From: Perna viridis
Taxonomy: Eukaryota
Length of the DNA: 64,000 bases
Reading direction: 5' to 3'
Assembly (NCBI GenBank): GCA_037379345.1
Contig: CM074512.1
Span: forward strand, 14,942,001-15,006,000
Below, in pieces: positions 54,601 through 64,000 of the stretch; within the stretch, counting starts at the first letter, position 1; the number at the start of each line of letters is the position of its first letter. The notes beneath the pieces were generated by a model. The model ran no database searches, was not told the DNA's origin, and was given only the letters and a program-made list of their open reading frames with translations. Made by a program: the position numbers and the translations under genes.

Positions 54601-57600
54601 TTAATTGATATCTTTGAAATTAATGTTGGCATACCACAAAAGGAAGGTTGGGATTGACTTTGAGGGTTGTAAATTGAACCCTCTGTTTAAGATTTAGGGG
54701 TAAAAAAGGGTTAGAATTTTGACTTGACTATAAGTTTAGTGGATTTCTTTGAAATTGTACGACAAGCTCAAAAGAAAGGCTGGAATTGACTGTGGGGGTT
54801 GTGACTTGAACCTTGTATGAATAAATTGTGAATAAAAGAGCCAGAAACGAGCATTTTTATAATTTCCAGGCAATAATTTGGATCTCATCGAAATTGTACC
54901 ACAAGCTTCCATACTACTGGCACAAAGGGAATGTTGGGAATGATTTTTGGGGTTGTGACTTTTTAGGAATGATGGGCCAAAAAAGGGGGCCAGAAACAAG
55001 CCTGTACAGATAATTAATTAAACAAAACGATTGGATCTTTATGAAATAATTCCACAAGGTACCATATCATACCCCAAGGTAAGTCTGGGACTGATTTTGG
55101 GAGTTGTGACTAGAACCATTGAGGAATAAGGGGCCATTTAGATTCAGGTCAAATTCTTATCCTGTATCAAATATTTAAGGCAGACAGATCAAGTTGCTAA
55201 GCATTTTTTCTAGTTTTTCCAAATCAGTGCCCAAAATTAAACTTTTTTCTATTTCAACGAAATTTAAATTCTACTTGATCTTGAACAGGGTTCTCCCCAG
55301 GCCTTTAAAGCACTGCACTTTACAGAGCTATTAACCTCAATACTGTGCTGTCTAGCTACCAGCACTGTGCTATAAGGTTTAATGTGAGGATTAAAAATTA
55401 ACATGACAGGAAACATCTGTGCCCCAAGATCATTTACAGCGTCCTACAAGGTAATTAGCTCAGTCCATAGCAGTAAACATGATATGGTCTGTTGATCACT
55501 GCATGACGACATAATTATGACATTGCCCACCTGGCCACAAATTGATTTTAAGGGAGGTGTCAATCAGATACACATATCGAAGTACTGAGCCAATCAAAAC
55601 TAAGATAATTCAACCCTGACCAAAAGCATGTGGCTATTTATAAATGCAAGGTTGAATGTTGTACAATCACAAAGTGTTTTCATATCTTGACCTACACGTA
55701 GAGATTGATGGTAAAAGAAAACTATTGATCAAACTTTACAACAAATGTGAAGACTTTTCATTCAGAATTGTCAAATTTCCTTTCATCTGTGGCAACATCC
55801 CTTCAGCATGTGCATATGGAATTTTCAAATCACAAATTGACAACTCATACATTATGTCAGAGCTTGCCCTAACTACGCAGACTTTTTAGCTCATCTGGCT
55901 GTAGGCCGTCACTTGACGTCCGTCGTCGTCATTAACAATTTCTTCAAACATCTTCTCCTCTTAAACTACTGAATAGATTTGCATGAAACTTATAATGACT
56001 GTTCCTTAGAGTTTCCTGCAAAAAATGACCATTTGGATGTTTGATAGGTTAAAAAACATGGCAGTTGTTACTAAAATTAGAACATAGAGGTCGTACAGTA
56101 GTTTTTTGCATATATCTCCAAAACCATTAGGTTTGGCCAATATCTTTCAATTGCTGAAATATCCTTATTATAGGGCCTACAAAAGTCTTTACGGGATCAA
56201 AGTTGTCAAACGACTCCATATAAGGGTTATTGCCCTTGAGAGGTGAAAAATGACTTTTTTTTTAACAGTTTTCAGCCTATATCTTTAAAACTATGATAGA
56301 TAGAATGAAACTTTTGATTGCTGAAATGATTCTTATTATAAGGCCTACAAAAGTCTTCTAGGGATCAAGTTTGTCAGATGACTTCATATAAGGGTTATTG
56401 CTCTTGAGAGGTGAAAAATGACTTCTTTTTTTTTTACAGTTTTCAGCCTATATCTTTAAAACTATGATAGATAGAATGAAACTTTCAATTGCTGAAATGA
56501 TTCTTATTATAAGGCCTACAAAAGTCTCCTGGGATCAAAGTTGTCGGACTCCATATAAGAGTTATTGCCCTTGAAAGACAAAAAATTACGTTTTTCAGTC
56601 AATATCTTGACATCAATACAGACATTTTATGGTTGTAATGTGAACTCATGGATCACTACGGTGTATCCATCTGCACCATGAAAACCGATTTGTTCTACAT
56701 GTCATTTTTTTCCTTTCCTCATACGTCTACCCCAGACTTAACTTTTTATGAGCAACTCGGTGGGTGTTTCTAGAAAAGCAGAGGACACTTACCAAACCGG
56801 TGCACCCGGTCCATGCACCTGGTCCATGCACCCAGTTTTTAGTTGAGTCCGAGTTGCTGATTTACTTTTGTTACTTTGTATGTATTGTTTTGGTTACTTT
56901 ATGTTCTTTGTCATAATTGTCTGTTTTCCTTGTCTGGTCATTTTCCTTCTTTCGATTTCCGCTAGAATCTTTGTTCCCTTGATTACTCTTCATCTAGAAA
57001 CTGATTTACCTTATAAAAGAATTGATAAAATTCCAAAATAATATTTATTATTTATTAGATACTTCCTAAACACTTTGAAAAGAAAAAGGAAATGGCTGCT
57101 TTTTGTTTACATTTGCCATGTTTTGTATCATCCTTCAGCTTTTGAGAACACATGGTTTTTGGCAGAAAATCAATTAAGAAATAGATAGTAAAATTCCCCA
57201 AGTCTAAAAATAGAACCACAGGTGTGATGAATGAATATGGACTTCAGGCATGACTTAAAGATTGTAGATAGGGTTTCTGTCATAATTCATGTTAATAATA
57301 ATTCAAAAACAAACAAATAACAAAACAAAACAAGTAGTGTGTCAACTAACAAGAATAAGATTTATGGCATTTTTGGCAACATGAATTTTAAGACCAGAGT
57401 AGTCTAGTACATGTACCTGATCAGGTAATTAGGTAATATTGAAAGTAACACAGACTAGAAAAAGCCTTTAATAGAGAATGTTCTTAATCAAATGAATATC
57501 ACATTCAAAAGAGGCCCCCTAAACAAATGAAAGATTGTTATCTCCAATGGGTCAGCAAAAGTTTGCAGGTCAATAAAGAACCCTGGGTGTGTATATATCA

Positions 57601-60600
57601 GAGGAAATATTAGTTTGATTACATTTGATAGAATATCTTTAATATTTGTGTTAAATACAAAAAAAGAAAAAACCAGTATTAAAGTTATTATCACTTCAAG
57701 TTCAATGGTAAAATATTTAGCCATGAATAATTCATATAAACATTAACAGCAAAGTACATTTTGAATACACAGATAAGTTTTTAAATGATACATAAAATAT
57801 GATGTAGCACTTTTTTCGACACAGGACCTATTAATATCATGTCACACACGCTAAATACAGCACTATCCAAAAATTGTGGGGAAAACACTGTTGAATGCTG
57901 GTATGCTGAATCCAACTACATGTACATATCTCCATGTAGATTTTGGATATTGGTCTATAACATGTCAACTTCCAATAGCAATTTTTTAGCTTTAATTTGC
58001 TGCATTAAATATATAATCTTAATCCAAATTCAAAGTTCTAACAGTATCATGCTTAAATTTTGTATATATATTTGTACTAACTATTTAGGGTCCTACCTCT
58101 ATTGTTGCAACAACCAGTGCTCTTTAAAGCATCTCATTTATTATGTGTATATTGAACCATTACTATACCTGATTCAATTTTTTCTGTAATTATAGAATGT
58201 CTCTGTTGACTGTCATTTCTTATGTGGTATAGCAGTATGTCTAGTTTTAACCAAACAGCCAGATGTTGACTTGAGAATTTCTTCTTTCTGGAGTATTTAT
58301 AATAGAATAATAACAGGTAATCTGCAGTAGTAAACATGTATTTTATTGTGAGATTTTATAATGGACTTACAATACAGAGGTCATAACTGAAGATATTGGA
58401 ATTTTTAAGTGTAATAGTAGTATTTTTGTATTTCATTTTGTGTAATAAGAGTTCAGCATGTACATGGTTAAGCAGTGACACTGTTTTTATCTAAGTAACA
58501 TATAGCCATTTGGGGAAAAGTAAACAAACAAGTTCTTGAAATATTTTAAAACTACAGCAACATGGTAATTATAATTTATTATGAATTAAATGACATTTGA
58601 TTATGAAAATATCAATAAAACAATGATTGTTTTTGTAAGGGGAGATCATTTGTGTCAGTTGCACTCTGAAGACTATAAATACTTACAGTTATTTGTTTAT
58701 TATATGTTCAGTTACCATAATTCTCATCATCAAAATTTGCAAAATGTTGATATTTTTTTTCATGATGGTTGGTAGTACCAATCTACAAGAAGTAATAATC
58801 TAAAATGTAAACACAGTTGGTGAGACTTCAGGACAATTAACTCATGAGATTAAGAATCAGTTTGATCAGTAAACTAATGTGTTAAGGCATTACTAATTCC
58901 AGAAACTGGTATACCTTCTGATGTTTTGCTAAAACCAATGGACAGCAAGGCAGACAAAGTGAGACATACAACAGGACATCTGGCTTTACTTAGAGGCATT
59001 TTGACACACTGGAATATTTTTTTCAAGAAAACTTCATTCCTTATTTTCTGTTTTGAAGAAGTAATGGAATTATGCATAGGATCTTTATCAATGCACTACC
59101 ATGCCTTTACCACATTAGAACAATTGTTGAGCAAAGTTCTACATTTACTGCCATCTATTACAACAGCTGACATTGTACATGTGTCTTCTTCTATTATAAA
59201 TGTTGTTATAAAAACAGTCTTTCTAAATTGGGATAGCCCAGTTCAAGATGTACCACAAATTGTCATTAGAATTTTCTCTCTGATGCTACAGATTTGGCAA
59301 CATACCTATAAGTTAGGTAGTTGTCATGACATTATTCCTGATCTGTTGTCCCATTTACAGAGTGTAGCCTGGAATGTTAAAGGTCAATACAGAGTCATTA
59401 GTGCCTTGGTACCATTTGTTGATACTGAGAAGGTATGTTATTGTAAGAATTATATAGCTATATAAAAAAAAAGATTTGTTTAAAGTTGTTATTAAATTTT
59501 AGGGAAAATTTGTATGCCTGTTTATAACTATGACAATTCTGTGTACATCATTTTACACTAAACTTGTTTTTGTTTATTGTTAAGTCTTACATCAGGGCAA
59601 GGTCAGGAATCATCATTTTTCATGGAGTGCAAATCGCACACTTGGAGGAAAGGGATATGCAAATCAACATTTCAGCTCTGTTTTTTTACCTGGAAAGGAT
59701 TGGGTACTATTATGGAGATATTAGCCCTCTATTTGTTATGAAAATGTCTTGTCTGATTATCAGTCTGTCACACAATTTGACATTGCTGAGATTGGTGGAT
59801 ATTAGATTTTATAATAAGGAACAATTTTGTTATATAGAAGTAAATATACTTGGTAAGAGTACCATATGTCAATTAGAGGAAAAAAAGTTTGATAAATATA
59901 AAACCGACTGGTGTAACAGAATGAGTCAATATGGCCAAGGTGATAAATTAAGAACACATAAATTGTTTAAATTTTCATATTTTACTGAACAATATTTGTT
60001 GCAAAATATACCTTTACGGTTTTGTAGTGCATTTGCAAAATTAAGATGTGGTGTAGCACCTTTAAAGATTGAAACTGGTCGTTATGAAAGGTTAGCATTA
60101 AACGAAAGATTATGTCTCAGTTGTAATGATATAGAGGATGAAAACCATGTATTATTAACATGCCCATTGTATGACGATCTAAGACAATCACTATTTTTAG
60201 ATATTATTAGTTATAATGAAAATTTTTTGTCCTTGTCTGATGATGATAAATTTATATTTTTATTTAACAATGAAAATGTATGTAGCTTAGTTACCAAAAC
60301 CTGCCATAGTATTTTACTGAGATGAAATAGTATTTTATATCATTAATCTATGATACTTTTTATAAATCACACCTTTTTGAACTGTATTTTAGATGTATAT
60401 TACTGTGTTCTCAATAGTCTCTCATAATTCTTTTTAGAATGGCTCATGCATTTTAATTTGTATGTTTTATCTCTTATTGTTATCATGTTTTATATGAATG
60501 TATGTGGTGAGACTTTAATAACCTATTGAACTTGGATTAAATAGGATACAGTTTTTTTTGCATTGATTTAATGAAATGAAACATGTTTTTAAAATCAATT

Positions 60601-63600
60601 AAACTATTTAGGATCAAAAATCAAATAATTGATGTATCACTGCCTGCATAGTTTTAGACAGAACCACAACTCCTAAAAAACTGAAAAGATAGGTTAAGTA
60701 AAATCATAGGGCTTTATTCAGAAGATGTTTAAGTTGACCACAATTATAGGTTTCCTAATGAGTAAAAGTTGAATATTGCAAAATATTAACTCAAGTTATT
60801 TAATTTCATAACAAACTGGCCCAGAATTGAAATAAAGCAAGTAGATATTTTGTAGTATTCAGTTTTCATGAGGTCTAAAACCTTTTTCTCTGCAATTCCT
60901 TTTGAATATTTTGGCTGTTTGACATTTGGCATCTGCATAGTGGAAATTTTAGCTGTCTATGATGTCATCAATGGTGTCAGGATAACATTAGAAATGTCAC
61001 TTTCAACCAATCAGATTTAATAGAAAATGATACACAAAAACACAACAACCAATTGCAGTTGCACATTTTTTTCATATCACCAGTTTGTATCACACTGTTC
61101 ATGGTACACTGTCCATGATGTGATATCTCAAAATGTCTAGCTCCCCAAGAAGTAGGTAAACGACCAAATCATAACCAAAAGGAATTTAATATTGCTTGAT
61201 CCTTTTATATTTTGAACATTTAAATGTTATACATATGTTATATATTATACAAAAAATGAATTCATATTTTGCTGCTATAGATCTAATTTAAAATTGATGA
61301 TAAGGACTTGTCTCCCTGATCTGAATTTTTTATCGAAAATTGCATACCATACTCCACTTATATGCAAAACAATTATCAAAACAGGTATAACAGACCCCCT
61401 TTCAAAAAGAATTTAATTACTAGTACTCAAAAACTAGATTGTGTATCATAGTGTCAAGCATTTGAAAAAGATCGATGCACACTTTTGATGTGTCTGTAAA
61501 AGTTTGCTTTTTCGTACACTTTATCCCTACACAAATGATTTGAAAACATGAAAAATTCAGAATGTAAAATGTATTGGATGCTATAAACCTTTTTCAGTTG
61601 TTTAGTAGCCGTTTGAAGAATCAGTTGCTGATGTGTATGACTACAAATTATTTAGCTGCGGTTGGATCTGATGTGTACAAGTCTTTCCTTATCACATTAA
61701 AGTAAGGGTTTTATAAGTGTTTATTATGAGTTTTTAATGTTTTGTTGGAGTGCCAACTTTAAGTACAGTTGCTGTAGGTGTCATGCACTAACACAACTAT
61801 TATTTAAGCGATGAAATCTGGTGACAGTCTGTAGTCTACTTTTTATACAACCGCAAAAAAATTGTAGTTGTATAATGTTATCATGCTGTTGTTGTCCGTA
61901 GACACTTCATGTGCAGACAAATTTTTGAGTAAAATTGTATAGATATGACAAAATTTTACCACAAGGTGCCATACTACGAAAGGAAACTTTGAATTGATTT
62001 TTGGGGTGGTGACTTTAAATATTTAGGGTGCATTATACAGTTACATTAAGGCACACTGTTTCGCACACCAAGTTACCCCAGTCAAATTTTGTAAAACTTA
62101 AAATTTAAAGTTGAAATTTGGTGGATATATTGTTTAAATGTAGTTAAGCATTTATACATAGACAGATGTAATTTATGTAATGGTAAAAAGGTATACTTTA
62201 AATGAAGAATGGTATCCAGAATGTTTCAGTCCCCTGCCGTATTAGGTTCTCTCCTCAGCATCAGGTGGCTGATTTTCAAAATACCTTATTTCGCACGAAC
62301 TTTTGGAACTAAAATTGTGAGAGAATGAATCGAAAAGGGTCTCATTATTTTTGCTCCTTTTCCACCTACTCCATGCATGCTTTCATCCTGTGGTAGTTTC
62401 TTACTGCCTGATATTTTATAAAACATAGTATTTGGCTGTTAGTTTTGGAAAGGCACCCCTGATTTGTACTAAAACTCAGTAATATTTTTTTCAGTATGTT
62501 ACCATGACTACTGGATTTTATAACAATAATCACTAAATTACTTATAAATGACTTGAACCTCCACACACCAAGGATTTCAAAAATATGCACTTTTTTATGA
62601 CAAAACACTAGAAATTTCTGCGTGGACTGCCTCAAAACAGCTTTATTTCAACAAAATGAGACCTAAATATCAGAAATGACCTAACTGTATTGTGCTACCT
62701 TAGGAATTAGGGGCCAAAAAGGGGTCCAGAAAGAAACTTAGCATTTTCATGTGTTGAAAATAACAAGTAAATGTGAATGGATCTATTTGAAAATGTAGTA
62801 TAAGGTGTCATGCTATATGAGGGTTGCAGGGATTGATTTTGGGTGTCATGACTTGAACTAATAAGGAATGGGAATCCAAGAAGGGTCCAGTAACATGCAT
62901 TTCTCTGATGTTCAGGTAATAACTTGAGTGAAATTTAATGAATCTCTTTGAACTTGTGTCAAAGGTACTATTGAGTGTTGTTAGAGCTAAGTGACTGTAT
63001 GGAACAATTAGTACCAGTCTTTTTTTAAATGGATTGAATCTATAGTTTAAACTATAAAACAAAAACAAAACAAATACTTTAGTTTGTTTTTCCCCTCTTT
63101 TTACAGTTCGTTAGAAAAGAAAGAAATTGTATGGGATTGTTTGTGGAAGAATGTTATAGTAGAAGGGTTAACAAGCTCAAATAGGTAGGTATAAATTCTA
63201 TAAAATATTGGAGTGTATCAATACTTAGATATTAATACTAATGGAAATGGTGAATATGTTAGAGAGACAAAAAACCCACCAGGATGAACAATGTCAGCTG
63301 AAGGCTACCCATGGGTCTTCAATGAAAGACGAGGAAACCATTACACCACAGGGCAGGCTTGCCCCAAAAAGAACATGTACTATGGTGCAGTGAAATAGTT
63401 GCTCCACTCCCAATCTAAATATATAAACCCTTACGTTTAGTTACCTCCACTCAAAACATCTGACTCTTCTTAATTTGTCAAATAAGAAGTCCAGGAAGAA
63501 AGGTGATCATTGATAAATTACAGAGAAAAAAAATGCCTTACCTTAGAAGTGTTTTAAAAATTCAGTCAAAGTAAAGTTGGGAATCCTTTATACTTACAGT

Positions 63601-63887
63601 GTTGCTTGTTAAGTATTACAGTGTTGATTGTTAAGTATTACAGTGTTGATTCAATACTGAAATAATAGTCTTCTATTTGATGATGTCCACCTTTTGTATT
63701 TAGACTACAAAGAATTAATGTAGGGCATTATTGGGTACCCTCTACATTGAAGTTTCTCCCAGGAGTCAGGGACAATCTCTTAACAGCTGTATTAGAGGTG
63801 CTTTATGAAGATACAAGAAGCCAGGTTTTGCATGGATGGGCGATTGTGTCTAATGCCATCAGATCATCAACTGGAGATCTTCCTTCT
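48630..63887 (+). CDS. THADA: THADA / TRM732-family ARM/HEAT-repeat protein (tRNA 2'-O-methyltransferase regulator family), 5' part; continues beyond the window
   Basis: Exons 48630-48724, 49990-50238 (tentative), 50496-50658, 51979-52090, 52700-52854, 53374-53502, 58196-58316, 58903-59432, 61598-61701, 63107-63184, 63704-63887; phases join. Motifs SNFLEN..VG, NWDSPV, W.VKGQY..ISALV and W...W....GL....HYW.P..LK follow the order of the THADA N-terminal half (HWEHPL / WHIKGKY / YYLPKLL). It is divergent and may be a paralog. Confidence 0.75.
48850..49030. mobile_element. Short dispersed repeat; second copy at ~63240-63430
   Basis: gagacaa.aaccc...ggatgaa.aatgtcagc..aaggc.acccat.ggtcttca.tgaaaga.gagga...acagggcaggct is shared by both copies. 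Confidence 0.65.
50919..51275. mobile_element. MITE with ~21-bp subterminal inverted repeats, nested in a HINE-like element (50748-51775)
   Basis: ataagggccatatttggcccc vs ggggcaaaatatggacattat (3 mismatches). The host unit (caactcctt.gaaactgctcaa.ggattttgttca...) is interrupted and resumes. Confidence 0.6.
53660..55210. mobile_element. Two adjacent HINE-type elements of the 13620 family, in a THADA intron
   Basis: Repeated accacaa.aggaaggttgggattgattttgggggttgtgact...ttaggaatta.ggg.c.aaaa units; restart near 54370-54420. Confidence 0.55.
55683..56989 (+). pseudogene. 5'-truncated Penelope-like retroelement (RT C-terminal/thumb region plus 3' UTR), split by a HINE
   Basis: SYLDLHVEIDG...LYNKCEDFSFRIVKFPFICGNIPSACAYGIFKSQ matches the YLDL...LYDKRDDF.F.IVNFP....NIP...AYGVYISQ signature. 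It resumes after 56620 with FYG...ELMDHYGVSICTMKTDLF. Confidence 0.75.
55883..56612. mobile_element. HINE-type element inserted at a T-run inside the Penelope-like relic
   Basis: Starts tttttagctcatctggc...gtccgtcgtcgtc and has three ~180-bp internal units. Reverse orientation of the 25702-27681 family. Confidence 0.7.
59875..60530 (+). pseudogene. 5'-truncated LINE (RTE-X-like) C-terminal CCHC zinc-finger region plus 3' UTR, in a THADA intron
   Basis: KLRT.KLFK...EQYL...AFAKLRCG...LKIETGRY......RLC..C..IEDE.H.LL.CPLY.DLR; open frame to TGA at 60325. Confidence 0.8.
61839..62965. mobile_element. HINE-type element of the 13620 family, interrupted by a TIR element
   Basis: tttttatacaaccgcaaaa...gtccgtagacact start. 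The unit breaks at ttta|g (62026) and resumes as ttaggaattaggggccaaaaa (62700). Confidence 0.6.
62027..62699. mobile_element. Non-autonomous TIR element, Kolobok-like, with TTAG target duplication
   Basis: Ends ggtgcattatacagtta / taactgtattgtgctacc, with ttag on both flanks. Confidence 0.6.
63594..63651. repeat. Short 22-bp tandem repeat (gttaagtattacagtgttgatt)
   Basis: Directly visible, ~2.5 copies. Confidence 0.8.
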
Positions 63888-64000
63888 GTAAGATTTTGTA
63901 TGTTACTGAAATTATCTTGGGGAAAGAATGGATACAAATTCATTATTCATTAGAAATCATGTTTGAGTTTATATTTCCTTGAAAGTTTATTGTGCTATAT

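Larger units (their letters stand above)
55286..57890. mobile_element. Non-autonomous hAT5-like TIR transposon, copy 2, carrying nested insertions
   Basis: TIRs cagggttctcccc / ggggaaaacactg. Exact 5-bp TSD TTGAA at 55281-55285 and 57891-57895. Homologous to 40430-41759. Confidence 0.8.

Noticed and set aside
56745-56862. SECIS-like ATGA...TGAT around a stem in the Penelope-like 3' UTR
   Set aside because: The 3' GA is absent from the second copy (18328-18331 reads ttgt), the register is off by one and the apical region is far too long; simple Watson-Crick pairing explains it.
57059-57145. Candidate THADA exon (ILPKHFEKKK...)
   Set aside because: It lies inside the hAT-like element, has an in-frame stop, and 53502 joins 58196 in phase without it.
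59564-59875. N-terminal part of the 253-aa track ORF as a host gene
   Set aside because: Only the C-terminal part has recognisable (LINE zinc-finger) motifs; the rest is chance open frame in an intron.

Overview
AT-rich, intron-containing animal DNA. The repeat families look like those of bivalve molluscs, probably a mytilid mussel (inference only). I assembled four spliced genes by hand from GT/AG sites and intron phases. (1) The last two exons of EXOC5/Sec10 (+, 1487-2840). (2) An unrecognised 8-exon gene (-, 21577-6902) for a ~386-aa signal-peptide-bearing, low-complexity protein with three YWKNYGK motifs. Two of its exon ends are tandemly amplified into the following introns, and a transmembrane-like segment lies in frame behind two stop codons. 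(3) A complete 12-exon expanded/FRMD6-type FERM gene (-, 42841-31981, ~930 aa), with a tandem TEAD-type motif about 3 kb upstream. (4) The 5' part of a THADA/TRM732-family gene (+, from 48630, running off the window), head-to-head with the FERM gene. Introns and intergenic DNA hold Helentron-like (HINE) elements, LINE and Penelope-like relics, and MITEs. One is a three-layer nest: a 5-bp-TSD hAT-like element containing a Penelope-like fragment containing a HINE. A SINE-like retroposon present twice has a non-tRNA, apparently pseudoknotted 5' head. Most short ORFs in the supplied track are spurious. No prokaryotic features, rRNA, tRNA or CRISPR arrays were seen.
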